Positions 53,101 to 63,220 of a stretch of 64,000 bases of DNA are shown here, in pieces. A program made the translations under genes and the position numbers. Origin of the DNA: Mobula hypostoma (lineage: Eukaryota); NCBI RefSeq assembly GCF_963921235.1, contig NC_086097.1, positions 17,794,001-17,858,000 of the forward strand, given 5' to 3'. Position 1 is the stretch's first letter. Each line of letters opens with the position of its first letter. The notes below the pieces were generated by a model. That model had not been told where the DNA came from. It saw only the letters and a list, made by a program, of their open reading frames with translations, and did not search any database.

Positions 53101-56100
53101 ACCTCAGCCCAAAACATTGACTGTTTATAATTTCTATTGATGCTACCGACCTAGTGAGTTCCTCCATCCAGGCCTGTGATGTTGAATTGACAAAAAGTGA
53201 ATACAGCCCAGTCCATTACAGGAAAACTCCTCCTCACCTTTGAGCACATCTACAAAGAGTGTTGTTGCAATAAAACAACATCCATTATCAAGGACCCCTA
53301 CCATCCAGGTCGTGCTTTCTTCTGATGAATGATTTCGGCCCAAAATGGCGACTGTTTACTCTTTTTCATAGATTCTGCCTGGCCTGCTGAGTTCCTCCAG
53401 CATTTTGTGTGTCATGCTCTCTTCTCGCTGCTACCACCAGGAAGTAGGTACTGGAGTTACCATATACCAAGTTCAGGAACAGTTTACCTCTCAACCATCA
53501 GGCTTCTGAACCAAGATGGATAACTTCACTTTCTACAAAATTGAACTGATCACTGAATGCAACCCATGGACTCACTTTTAAGGACTTTACAGCTCATACT
53601 CTCAGTATTTATTTACTTAATTATTTATTTTTTGTACTTGCACAGTTTTTCTTTTTGCACATTGGTTGCTTGTCAGTCTATTTGTGTAGTTTTTCATTGC
53701 TTCTATTGTATTTTTTGTTCTACTGGGAATGCTTGCAAGAAAATTAATCTCAGGGTAGTACCTACATGTACATACTTTGATAATGAATTTACTTTGAACT
53801 TTGAAACTTACAACGTATATAGAGTGGAAATGAAATTTCAGACCCTTTTAAACCTCAGTAAAAAATTGATGTAATTAGTAAAACCTTTAGGATTATAGTA
53901 AAAATATGATTATAAAGAAAACAGTATTTTCTGCAATAAATGAGGACAGCAGATACACATCCATTGCCATTACAGAACATTAGCTCAGAGCAGCTTAGAC
54001 TCTACAATTTTATGAGGTAATTAATGTAATGTAATTTTAGAAGTGAAGAGATTGCCAGAAGCGCCTTGAATAAACAATGTTGGATAGTTCTCTGGCTAGA
54101 TGTATGTGCACTGAGTGTACTGTCAATTAGCCAAGTTATCATATCTTGGATACTATGTTACAGCAAGATAATTTTTCCACCTCAAACTATGTCACATTTC
54201 CAGGCTTTTGTTTGGACATCTTTGTCAATGGAAATTATCAAGTTATGAAATTTTAAAAAATATGTTTTGGGTTGAAACTTACTTTAAAATGGTTAGTTTT
54301 TCATGAAAGTCATAATCTGCTAATCTGTAGACAAGTGAAAAGTTTTTATAAACTAATTGGAATTTAGTATTTTTCCCAGAATTGCAGTCATAGCAATTTG
54401 GTGGCTTGTCTCCAAAAGTGATAAACAGTTTAGCCTCCCCCTTCTCCTATTTCTTACATTCTTACACTTTGTTAACTACCTGATGGAACATAAAATTCAA
54501 GTATGATGATTAGAAAACAAGGTATTTAATATGCTCAACTGAATCATATTTGAGCAGTAGAAAATAAACTGACTTTTAGATCAAAGTTCAAAGTAAATTT
54601 ATTATCAAAGTGTATCGCGATATACAACCCTGAGATTCATGTTCCTGTGGGTATACTCAACAAATCTTTAGAATAGTAAGTACTATGTAACAGAATCAAT
54701 GAGTGACTGCCAAACTAGGGCTTTCATCTGGAGTGCAGAAGGCAACACACTGCAAATGCAAAAAGAAGAAACAATAATATAAATAAATAAGCAATAAATA
54801 TAAAGAAGCTGAAATGAAGAGTGCTTAAAAGTGAGTCCATTGGTTGTGGGAACATTTCAATGATAGGGCAAGTGAAATTGAGTAAAGTTATCCCCTTTGT
54901 TCAAGATCCTGATGGTTGAGGGGGACTAACTGCTCCTAAACCTGGTGTGCGAGACCTAAGGCTCTTGCACCTTCCTCCTGATGGCAGGAGTGAGAAGAGA
55001 GCATATCCTGGGAGGTGGGGGTCCCTGATGATGGATGGTACTTTCCTGTGATAGTGGTTCATGTAGATGTGCTCAAAGGTGGGGAGAGCTTTACTTGTGA
55101 TGGACTGAGCCATATCCATTACTTTTTGTAGAAATTATCCGTTCAAGGGCATTAGTGTTTCCATATCAGGCTGTGATGCAGCCAGTCAATATACTCTCCA
55201 CCACACATCTATAGAAGTTTGTCAGTGTTTTGGATATCATGCTGAATCTCTGCAAACTCTTAAGGAAGTAGAGGTGCTGCCACACTTCCTTCATAATTGC
55301 TCTTATGTGTTGGGCCCAGAACAGGTCCACTAAAATAAGATCACTGAAGAATTTAAAGTTGCTAACCCTCTCCGCCTCTGTCTCCCCAGTTGCTTCAGAG
55401 AGATCGTACCTGGTCCTCTTGTAACTTTCCTGGTAACCAGACTCTCATCTGGCTCTCAGCAGATTTCAGATCTCATGGTTCATCCAGAGCTTCTAATTGG
55501 GAAGACTCTGAATGATTTATTGGGGACACACTCACCTACAGCTGTTTTAATAAAGTCCGTGACAACAGTGGTGTATTCATTCAGAACCCTAGATGTGTGC
55601 TTGAACACGGCTCAGTCCACTGACTCGAAGCAATCCCATAGCCATTCCTCTGCCTCTCGCGACAACCTCTTTGTCGTCCTAATCTCTGGAGCTTTGCTCT
55701 TTAGCCTCTGCCTGTTTGCATGCAGAAGAAGGCCAGCCAAGTGATCTGGTTTACCAAAATGCAGTCTGGGCAAGGGATGTTAGGCACTTCTTATCTTAGT
55801 ATAACAGTAGTCCAGTATGTTGGGACCTCAGGGACTACAGGTTATATGCTGATGGTAATTAGGTAGGGATTTCTTCAAACAAGCCTGGTTGAAGTCTCCG
55901 ACTATGATTTGAAATGCTTTGGGATGGACTATTCCTTGTTTGAAGGCGGTTTCACATAATATCCCGAGCGCTTGATTATAGTCGGCTGTTGGTGGTATGT
56001 AAATTGCAGTCAGGCTTACGGAGGAGAACTCCCTCGGTAAATAGAACAGATGATATTTGACTGTTAGGTGTTCAAGTTCAGGGAAATAAGAGTTTGACAA

Positions 56101-59100
56101 ACCACCACATCGGAGCACCAACGAGAGTTTATCATAAAACACACACCTCATCCTTTTGCCTTTCCCGACTCAGCAGTTAGGTCCATTCTGTAAATTGAGA
56201 AGGCTATGGGTTTGATCACTGTATCTGGCATGCCTGGAGAAAGCCACGTTACAATCAAGCATACAATGGAACACACTTTCAGTTCTCTTTGATCCAGCAG
56301 TCTTGCCCTCAGATCCTCAATCTTGCTCTCCAGCAACTTCATATTTGCCAACAAAATGTTACATTTCAACATATTTTCCAGTGCAGTATGATGCACAAAA
56401 CAATGTCCAAAATTCTATCAATAGCTTGTCTTGGTCCACCCAAGTAGATGCTGCAGCCAAGAATGTGCACCTCAGAAGACTAAGGAAACTTGGCATGTAC
56501 CCATTGACCCTCACCATCTATTGATACACCATGGAAAGCATCCTATCTGAATGCATCACAGCTTGGTATTACAATTGTTCTACCCAAGACCACAAGAAAT
56601 TGCAGAGAATTGTATACAGCTCAGCCCATCACAAAAACAAAACCCCTCTCCAAGGAATATGTCTGCACTTCATGCTGCCTCAGAGAAGCGGCCAACATAA
56701 TCAAAGACTTCTCTCATTCCAGACATTCCCTTTTCTCTCTCCTTGCACCAGGCAGAAAATACAGCAGTTTGAAATCTTGCATCACCAAGCTCAAGGACAG
56801 CTCCTATCTTGCTATTATAAGATTCTTGAATCAACCTTGTGTACAACACCATAGGTCCATTAGATATTGGAGCAGAAATAGGCCATTTGGCCCACTGAGT
56901 CTGCTCTGCCATTTCATCATGGCTGATCCATTTTTATGTGATTCATTTGTATGATATTGTGAAGTCAAGACTTCATCTTTCTACCTTGTCATGGCACTTG
57001 CTCCTTATTGTCGGTTTGCAATAACTCTTTCTGTAATTGTAACACTTTAGGCTGCATTCTGTTATTGCTTTTTGCTTGTACTACCTCGTTGAACTCGTGC
57101 TATGAAAGATCTGTATGGCTGGCCGGTAAAATAGAATTTCACAATATCTTGGTACCTGTGATAATAATAAACTAATTATCAATTGCCAATTCTGAAATTT
57201 ATTCATTAAAGATAAATAAAATAAACTGGGAAGGCATATGGGGCAGTGTCTTCTTTATTTTATTACAGTTTCATGGATTTAAGTTGTATTCATAGAAATT
57301 TGGATGTCTGACTCCAAACATTATTTTGTGTATCATACCACACTGTAAAATTTAATTGTTACAATTGAAACTAAGTGCTGCCTCAACTGGTGTTAACTGG
57401 ATCCACTTGTGGAAAACTGAAGAAATATGCATGGAAAAGTCACAGTCAGATTGCAAAGCACTTCATCTTATTTTATTTTCCTGTGTTTTGTAAGCTGCAA
57501 GGCAATATGAGTAAGTAGCACACTGAAGACAAGAATGTATCCACAGCAGATATTTATCAATGAATGTAGTTATAAATATTCAACAAATATCACCATTCCT
57601 TTGATACACAAATATTGTTGAAGAGGTTTATAAATATAGAATTTCAGTGTGTAACAATTGAGCCACTTTCTCAAAAGGGCTAACAATAATGAGTGATTAA
57701 TGATTATTTAAGTTACTTAGATGGAGAATCATTGGATGGTTAAGGATGCAGCAATGAGTTCAGATGTGCAAAGGCTCAATGATGTTAAAACCTTAGATAT
57801 TAACATCCAAGCACAATTTTATATAGTACTGCAGATTCATTGATATCATTAACTCTCTCCCAGTAAATAATTCTCTCCCAATCTTTAAAATGGTGTAAAA
57901 TAAATAAAGTTTTGGCATAAAAATATATCGTAAAAACACATTTCCCTCCAAAGCCAAAACAAATAAAATTGTGCTTGGATGTTAATATCTAAGATTTTAA
58001 CATCATTGAGCCTTTGCACGTCTGAACTCATTGCTGCATCCTATGAAAGGAAACTGGCGACTTTCATAAGGAAACCAGAGCTAGTGGGAAGATAGAGGAT
58101 TGGGGGAGTTCTCAAAAACTTGCAGGAGGAAACCAAGATGGTCATTTGGAAGGAAAAGATGAATTATGAAAGGAAACTGGCGACTAATAATTTCCAGACA
58201 TCAATGGTATAGTGGTGTGGATCTATTTCAAAAAAGGTACACTTTGACAAGCATAAAATAACAAACCAGAAACAGTACAAAATTGTAAGAACAAATTGTG
58301 AATAAGATAATAAACTGGTTGAGAGTAATGCAGTTGATAATGTGCATATGAACATTCAAAAAAATATTTGACTAAGTAACATAAGCTTGTAACCAAATTT
58401 GAATCCTGTGTGAAAAGAGACTGAAAAAGAGCGTACAAATTTAAGATAAATTAAGGTCACACCAGGTGCAGTATATGAGAGCAGATACCCTTGCACAAGT
58501 ACTGGGAGATTTACAGTAAGCTTTGGAAGAATGAAGTTGTTCATGGAGAATTGAAGGGCAGAAATGAACCCGGTAATTGCTAATAGAGGTAAACAAGGAA
58601 GAACTAGGAATTATTTATCTGGGAGTCCAGAAAGAGCATCCATTGTACTTTTTTCTTTTTTTCATGGTTTCTTTACTTTCTACTCTTCATTAATTGAAAT
58701 ATGACCATGCTTATCCACTCATGACTGTGTGGCTAAGCACAGCTCCAATGCTATCTTCAAATCTGAAATCTGAATCACAGGTGGTGATGAATGAACTTAC
58801 TGGAGCAAGAGATGTCACCTATCCTCTTGCTTGACATCAGCAAACTAACAAGCTGATTTTTGGCTTCAAGAGAAGGAAGCATGGCAGCAGCTGAGAGAGT
58901 TAGCAGCTTTAAATTCTTTGGTGCTAATATCAGATGATCTGTCCTAGGCCCAGCAATCATAACATGCAATCATAAGAAAGTACAGATGCTGGTGTGCTTC
59001 CCTGAGGAGACCAAAGGAGTTCTGCTTGTTGTTATACTCTAACAAACTTCTACAGGTGTATTGTTAAAAGTATTCTGACTGGCTTCATCATGGTCTGCTA

Positions 59101-60028
59101 TGGCAATTTAAATGCACAGGTACTAAAGCTGCAGAGAGTCATGGACTCAGTCCAATACAGGACAGGCACATCCCTCCCCATCATCAGTAGTATCTACAGG
59201 AGACACTGCCTCAAAAAGACAACCTCTATCAGCAAAGATCAAACCATCCAACACTTGCCATTTTCTCACAGCTACTAGTGTACTGATGAAAGAGAACCTT
59301 GAACATTTTGCAGTGACAGGAAATATTGATGGAAGAAAAAGTTGCAGTTGACAGCACATGACATTCATGAGTTACATCAAGGGATGGACAGGAAAAAGAT
59401 TTGAAGAGCTTATTAGAGCTTCCCAAACTAAAAACAGATGGAAGATCATGTTCATCCACATCATATAACACGACACATAATGATGATGACTGGTGGACAG
59501 GAGGTACAGAAGCCTGAAGTCCCACACCATCGCGTTCAAGAACTGCCACCTCCCTCAACCATTCAGTTCTTGAGCAACATCATAACCACTTTGACCATTT
59601 CATGCTAAAATGAACTTTATATTTTTTGTTCTAATTGTATTTTCCTATAAAAAGTGTATATATATGTTTCTTGTGAAGGCTGCTTTTTGATGCCATGTGC
59701 CTGTGATCCTGCTGCAAGTAAACTTTTCATTGCACTTGTGCATCATAATAAACTTGACTTTGACTAAGCAGATCTGCAAGGACTCTTGATTATTTCAAGA
59801 TTATATGCCCATAGTTTTCCTTCTCTTCAATTTATGTAAGAAATTTAATTTTTATCTATCCACTAATTATTTGCTTTTTCTTTTTATGCTCTATTTAACC
59901 TACAGATGTGGATGAATGCCACGAGGAGACTAATTGCTCAGGTGGACAATGCATAAATACAGATGGATCCTATATATGTAGATGTCAGACAGGGTTTACA
60001 CATTTACCTGAAGCAGAACAATGTATTG
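14072..60028 (+). CDS. LTBP2: Internal part of an LTBP/fibrillin-family gene, most likely latent TGF-beta binding protein 2 (7 cbEGF exons; gene extends beyond both window ends)
   Basis: Seven AG..GT-bounded phase-1 exons, each D-[IVK]-[DN]-E-C...C-x-N-x-x-G-(G)-S-Y-x-C. Order CAHG-domain, C-x-x-C domains, CGPNGEC domains, CSGGQC domain mirrors my recollection of human LTBP2 (GVCAHGKC..; GLCLNTEGSFACSAC..; CAPHGECLN..GTSCQ; CVGGHCVNTEGSF..CETGF). Family is certain; paralogue call is from memory, not a database search. Confidence 0.75.
15298..15373 (-). repeat. Remnant (terminal 76 bp) of the 3' LTR
   Basis: tgtagcgatgtgctacacacagagctagaaata..tttattca near-identical to 17285-17360; fused directly to pol sequence. 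Confidence 0.88.
17270..17283 (-). promoter_or_regulatory. Primer-binding site complementary to the tRNA-Trp 3' end
   Basis: TGGTGACCCCAACG one base inside the 5' LTR; 13/14 match to the tRNA-Trp PBS TGGTGACCCCGACG known from avian leukosis viruses. Confidence 0.85.
17285..17574 (-). repeat. 5' LTR (290 bp) of the Gypsy element
   Basis: Minus strand starts TGTGGCGAC and ends CTACA; contains AATAAA; 17285-17360 matches 15298-15373. Confidence 0.9.
17760..17890 (+). mobile_element. Penelope-derived short element, inverted relative to the adjacent copy
   Basis: agtcgtgatgaagggtaagacccaaaatgtcgactg..gttcctccagcattttgtgtgtgttgct. Confidence 0.8.
18105..18310 (+). mobile_element. CR1-type 3' tail fragment
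   Basis: Matches the tails at 6705-6890, 27670-27850 and 40090-40275. Confidence 0.7.
18520..19250 (-). mobile_element. Rex1/Babar-like LINE 3' fragment
   Basis: ORF 18833..19270: [32 protein letters not shown]. Confidence 0.75.
20111..20236 (+). CDS. LTBP2: cbEGF exon B1: [42 protein letters not shown]
   Basis: ttctatgcag acceptor, 126 nt, G|gtaggt donor; C4-x-x-C5 spacing. Confidence 0.93.
20333..20458 (+). CDS. LTBP2: cbEGF exon B2: [42 protein letters not shown]
   Basis: tttacgctgtag acceptor, 126 nt, G|gtaggt donor; contained in ORF 20266..20484. Confidence 0.92.
20556..20681 (+). CDS. LTBP2: cbEGF exon B3: [42 protein letters not shown]
   Basis: tttatgctatag acceptor, 126 nt, G|gtaagt consensus donor; contained in ORF 20528..20728. 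Confidence 0.93.
20800..20936 (-). mobile_element. Penelope-derived terminus beginning at the hammerhead motif (20901-20936)
   Basis: Minus strand AGTC CTGCCAA AGGGTTTCGTCCC GAAAC GTT GACT then family terminus. Confidence 0.8.
20937..22290 (+). mobile_element. CR1 LINE 3' half, degenerate
   Basis: [31 protein letters not shown]; 3' end cctatatcttatggt. Confidence 0.88.
22310..22972 (+). repeat. Unclassified CpG-rich interspersed repeat
   Basis: Starts ggaggaggaggagaagatggcg; its 3' end atgcatgtatgcatttctaaatgacaataaa recurs at about 34720-34765. Confidence 0.5.
22975..23412 (+). mobile_element. CR1 ORF2 internal fragment (EN-RT linker)
   Basis: Similar to 8350-8770 ([40 protein letters not shown]). 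Confidence 0.75.
23413..23510 (+). mobile_element. Penelope-derived terminus beginning at the hammerhead motif (23413-23448)
   Basis: AGTC CTGCTGA AGGGTTTCAGCCC GAAAT GTC GAAT..gagttcctccagcattttgtgcgtgtt. Confidence 0.8.
25033..25360 (+). mobile_element. tRNA-derived V-SINE-like element
   Basis: A-box-like tagggtagtgg, B-box-like ggttcaattc, V-domain-like ggttttcctctgggtgctctagtctcctc..aaagac, tail gtgacaaataaag. Confidence 0.7.
25380..25692 (+). mobile_element. CR1 3' fragment
   Basis: [23 protein letters not shown] and 3' UTR ending cttatggt. Confidence 0.8.
28335..28692 (+). mobile_element. CR1 3' fragment
   Basis: ORF 28446..28634 [15 protein letters not shown]; conserved 3' UTR. Confidence 0.8.
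28760..29175 (+). mobile_element. Penelope-derived short element with hammerhead motif (29081-29118)
   Basis: Pyrimidine-rich body then CAGTC CTGAAGA AGGGTCTTGGCCA GAAAT GTT AACTG. Confidence 0.8.
29608..32500 (-). mobile_element. Rex1/Babar-clade LINE, long copy with EN and RT (several frameshifts and deletions)
   Basis: [32 protein letters not shown] (APE); [29 protein letters not shown] (RT); minus-strand AATAAA plus (GACTAT)n tail at 29608-29630; 5' end approximate. Confidence 0.88.
33200..33460 (+). mobile_element. Degenerate V-SINE-like element
   Basis: gggtttcctccaaatgctagtgtttcctcccacattccaaaaga V-domain-like core. Confidence 0.55.
33700..34070 (+). mobile_element. Old Penelope-derived short element
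   Basis: Pyrimidine-rich body ending tgttgctccaacttccagcatctgca, the family terminus. Confidence 0.5.
35261..37762 (-). mobile_element. Penelope-like element (Neptune type): RT plus GIY-YIG endonuclease, 5'-truncated, frameshifted
   Basis: [28 protein letters not shown] (ORF 36000..37031); linker [14 protein letters not shown] (C-x4-C-x2-C, Neptune hallmark); [21 protein letters not shown] (ORF 35677..36003); candidate TSD aatacaacagttaa (35247-35260) / aatacagcagtcaa (37763-37776). Confidence 0.92.
35349..35384 (-). ncRNA. Minimal type I hammerhead ribozyme motif in the Penelope 3' region
   Basis: AGTC CTGACGA AGGGTCTCAGCCT GAAAC ATC GACT: stem I AGTC/GACT, CUGANGA and GAAA cores, short stem II, NUH triplet AUC; minimal hammerheads are an established feature of Penelope-like elements. 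Confidence 0.75.
38593..38718 (+). CDS. LTBP2: cbEGF exon C1: [42 protein letters not shown]
   Basis: ttcttttacag acceptor, 126 nt, G|gtaaga donor. Confidence 0.94.
39000..39215 (-). mobile_element. CR1 3' fragment
   Basis: ORF 39052..39261 [19 protein letters not shown]. Confidence 0.75.
41943..42071 (+). CDS. LTBP2: cbEGF exon C2: [43 protein letters not shown]
   Basis: tgctccacag acceptor, 129 nt, G|gtaaga donor; contained in ORF 41870..42100. Confidence 0.92.
42180..45590 (+). mobile_element. Highly degenerate CR1 ORF2 interrupted by a Rex-like fragment (about 43330-43905, minus) and a Penelope fragment
   Basis: Remnants [29 protein letters not shown]; collinear with 7530-10150. Confidence 0.65.
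44272..45240 (-). mobile_element. Penelope-like element 3' part (Cys linker, partial GIY-YIG, 3' UTR, decayed hammerhead at about 44341-44378)
   Basis: ORF 44848..45099 [30 protein letters not shown]. Confidence 0.85.
46628..46940 (+). repeat. About three diverged ~100-bp tandem monomers upstream of CR1 ORF1
   Basis: aaaagag(t/c)t..tt(t/c)a(a/g)tc near 46630, 46737 and 46836; gcagag..tttctct(t)gagttg near 46674, 46781 and 46880. Confidence 0.65.
46628..51052 (+). mobile_element. Apparently full-length but heavily decayed CR1 LINE (repetitive 5' UTR, Zn-finger/coiled-coil/esterase ORF1, EN-RT ORF2)
   Basis: [29 protein letters not shown] (47079..47264); esterase remnants collinear with 63221..63979; [21 protein letters not shown]; tail cttatggtcttatga. 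Confidence 0.85.
52285..53170 (+). mobile_element. Penelope-like 3' fragment with partial GIY-YIG and decayed hammerhead (about 53086-53123)
   Basis: Reverse-complement similarity to 35680-36410; cagtcctgctgaaagacctcagcccaaaacattgactg. Confidence 0.8.
53324..53410 (+). mobile_element. 87-bp Penelope terminus starting at the hammerhead core, with candidate 15-bp TSD
   Basis: gtcgtgctttcttct (53309-53323) / gtcatgctctcttct (53411-53425); (CT)GATGAATGATTTCGGCCCAAAATGGCGACTG.. Confidence 0.75.
54580..56375 (-). mobile_element. Rex1/Babar-like LINE with RT largely deleted (3' end plus EN region)
   Basis: [21 protein letters not shown] (55828..56151); C-terminal [19 protein letters not shown] (54901..55119). 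Confidence 0.75.
56400..57185 (+). mobile_element. Rex1/Babar-like 3' fragment containing a small inverted CR1 tail (about 56850-56935)
   Basis: [38 protein letters not shown]. Confidence 0.75.
57743..58042. repeat. Long inverted repeat: 80-bp arms (57743-57822, 57963-58042), 78/80 identical, 140-bp spacer
   Basis: Direct base-by-base comparison of the left arm with the reverse complement of the right arm. Confidence 0.95.
58700..59765 (+). mobile_element. Old Rex1/Babar-like 3' fragment
   Basis: [29 protein letters not shown]; tail aataaacttgactttgact. Confidence 0.6.
59906..60028 (+). CDS. LTBP2: cbEGF exon [42 protein letters not shown]
   Basis: T-rich tract then taacctacag acceptor, 123 nt, G|gtaaga donor; N-C-S sequon. 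Confidence 0.93.
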
Positions 60029-60183
60029 GTAAGAATCATGAAAAATATTGGTAACTTTATTTTGGTATTAAAGTATACAATACAGATTGTAATATAGAAA
60101 CATAGAAAATAGGTGCAGGAGTAGGCCATTCGGCCCTTCGAGCCTGCACCGCCATTTATTATGATCATGGCTGATCATCCAAC

Positions 60184-63100
60184 TCAGAACCCCACCCCAG
60201 CCTTCCCTCCATACCCCCTGACCCCTGTAGCCACAAGGGCCATATCTAACTCCCTCTTAAACATAGCCAATGAACTGGCCTCAACAGTTTGCTGTGGCAG
60301 AGAATTCCACAGATTCACCACTCTCTGTGTGAAGAAGTTTTTCCTAATCTCGGTCCTAAAAGGCTTCCCCTCTATCCTCAAACTGTGACCCCTCGTTCTG
60401 GACCTCCCCAACATCGGGAACAATCTTCCCGCATCTAGCCTGTCCAATCCCTTTAGGATCTTATACGTTTCAATCAGATCCCCCCTCAATCTTCTAAATT
60501 CCAACGAGTACAAGCCCAGTTCATCCAGTCTTTCTTCATATGAAAGACCTGCTATCCCAGGAATCAATCTGGTGAACCTTCTTTGTACTCCCTCTATGGC
60601 AAAGATGTCTTTCCTCAGATTAGGAGACCAAAACTGCACACAATACTCCAGGTGTGGTCTCACCAAGGCCTTGTACAACTGCAGTAGTACCTCCCTGCTC
60701 CTGTACTCGAATCCTCTCGCTATAAATGCCAGCATAACGTTCGCCTTTTTCACCGCCTGCTGTACCTGCATGCCCACTTTCAATGACTGGTGTATAATGA
60801 CACCCAGGTCTCGTTGCACCTCCCCTTTTCCTAATCGGCCACCATTCAGATAATAATCTGTTTTCCTATTTTTGCCACCAAAGTGGATAACTTCACATTT
60901 ATCCACATTAAATTGCATCTGCCATGAGTTTGCCCACTCACCCAACCTATCCAAGTCACCCTGCATCCTCTTAGCATCCTCCTCACTGCTAACACTGCCA
61001 CCCAGCTTCGTGTCATCCGCAAACTTGGAGATGCTGCATTTAATTCCCTCATCCAAGTCATTAATATATATTGTAAACAACTGGGGTCCCAGCACTGAGC
61101 CTTGCGGTACCCCACTAGTTACCGCCTGCCATTCTGAAAAGGTCCCGTTTATTCCCACTCTTTGCTTCCTGTCTGCTAACCAATTCTCCACCCACACCAA
61201 TACCTTACCCCCAATACCGTGTGCTTTAAGTTTGCCCACTAATCTCCTGTGTGGGACCTTGTCAAAAGCCTTTTGAAAATCCAAATATACCACATCCACT
61301 GGTTCTCCCCTATCCACTCTACTAGTTACATCCTCAAAAAATTCTATGAGATTCGTCAGACATGATTTTCCTTTCACAAATCCATGCTGACTTTGTCCGA
61401 TCATTTCACCGCTTTCCAAATGTGCTGTTATCACATCCTTGATAACTGACTCCAGCAGTTTCCCCACCACCGACGTTAGGCTAACCAGCCTATAATTCCC
61501 CGGTTTCTCTCTCCCTCCTTTTTTAAAAAGTGGGGTTACATTAGCCACCCTCCATCCTCAGGAACTAGTCCAGAATCTAACGAGTTTTGAAAAATTATCA
61601 CTAATGCATCCACTATTTCTTGGGCTACTTCCTTAAGCACTCTAGGATGCAGACCATCTGGCCCTGGGGATTTATCTGCCTTCAATCCCTTCAATTTACC
61701 TAACACCACTTCCCTACTAACATGTATTTCACTCAGTTCCTCCATCTCACTGGACCCTCTGTCCCGTACTATTTCTGGAAGATTATTTATGTCCTCCTTA
61801 GTGAAGACAGAACCAAAGTAATTATTCAATTGGTCTGCCATGTCCTTGCTCCCCATAATCAATTCACCTGTTTCTGTCTGCAGGGGACCTACATTTGTCT
61901 TTATCAGTCTTTTCCTTTTTACATATCTATAAAAGCTTTTACAGTCCGTTTTTATGTTCTCTGCCAGTTTTCTCTCATAATCTTTTTTCCCCTTCCTAAT
62001 TAAGCCCTTTGTCCTCCTCTGCTGAACTCTGAATTTCTCCCAGTCCTCAGGTGAGCCACTTTCTCTGGCTAATTTGTATGCTACTTCTTTGGAATTGATA
62101 CTATCCCTAATTTCTCTTGTCAGCCACGGGTGCACTACCTTCCTTGATTTATTCTTTTGCCAAACTGGGATGAACAATTGTTGTAGTTCATCCATGCAAC
62201 CTTTAAATGCTTGCCATTGCATATCCACCGTCAATCCTTTAAGTGTCATTTGCCAGTCTATCTTAGCTAATTCACGTCTCATACCTTCAAAGTTACCCCT
62301 CTTTAAGTTCAGAACCTTTGTTTCTGAATTAACTATGTCACTCTCCATATTAATGAAGAATTCCACCATATTATGGTCACTCTTATCCAAGGGGCCTCTC
62401 ACGACAAGATCGCTAATTAACCCTTCCTCATTGCTCAAAACCCAGTCCAGAATAGCCTGCTCTCTAGTTGGTTCCTCGACATGTTGGTTCAAAAAACCAT
62501 CCCGCATACATTCCAAGAAATCCTCTTCCTCAGCACCTTTACCAATTTGGTTCACCCAGTCTACATGTAGATTGAAGTCACCCATTATAACTGCTGTTCC
62601 TTTATTGCACACATTTCTAATTTCCTGTTTAATACCATCTCCGACCTCACTACTACTGTTAGGTGGCCTGTACACAACTCCCACCAGCGTCTTCTGCCCC
62701 TTAGTGTTACGCAGCTCTACCCATATTGATTCCACATCTTCCCGGCTTATGTCCTTCCTTTCTATTGCGTTAATCTCTTTTTTAACCAGCAACGCCACCC
62801 CACCTCCCCTTCTTTCATGTCTATCCCTCCTGAATATTGAATATCCCTGAACGTTGAGCTCCCATCCCTGGTCACCCTGGAGCCATGTCTCTGTGATCCC
62901 AACTATATCATAATCATTAATAACAATCTGCACTTTCATTTCATCCACCTTATTACGAATGCTCCTTGCATTGACACATAAAGCCTTCAGGCGCTCTTTT
63001 ACAACTCTCTTAGCCCTTGTACAATTACGTTGAAAAGTGGCCCTTTTTAATGCTTGCCCTGGATTTGTCGGCCTGCCACTTTTACTTTTCTCCTTTGTAC

Positions 63101-63215
63101 TTTTTGCTTCTTCGCTCACTTTACACCCCTCTGTCTCTCTGCACTGGTTCCCATCCCTCTGTTGTGAACTAACCTCCTCACGCCTAGCCTCTTTAATTTG
63201 ATTCCCACCCCGCAA
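60184..63215 (-). pseudogene. CR1 ORF2 (AP endonuclease plus reverse transcriptase), one 1-nt frameshift
   Basis: 559-aa and 454-aa ORFs; the junction reads cctgaggat-ggagggtggct where the copy at 8778-8800 has gaggattggagg (PEDWR); QGSVLGP, FADD intact. Confidence 0.92.
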
Positions 63216-63220
63216 CCATT

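Larger units (their letters stand above)
51610..53810 (+). mobile_element. Rex1/Babar-like LINE 3' half interrupted by two Penelope-derived insertions
   Basis: [25 protein letters not shown]; resumes near 53185; tail tttactttgaactttgaa. Confidence 0.75.

Noticed and set aside
14072..60028. Fibrillin, LTBP1/3/4 or fibulin as the gene identity
   Set aside because: Consecutive C4-x-x-C5 domains and the flanking domain order fit my recollection of LTBP2 better; not formally excluded because no TB domain is in the window
60029..60056. Second TATTG|GTAAC donor-like site 22 nt downstream of the exon D donor
   Set aside because: Would frameshift, and matches consensus less well than gtaaga; no support from sequence alone
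62074..62850. 258-aa + strand ORF (and similar ones such as 63354..63755, 8425..8817, 16414..16872)
   Set aside because: Antisense shadows of TE coding sequence; no independent protein features
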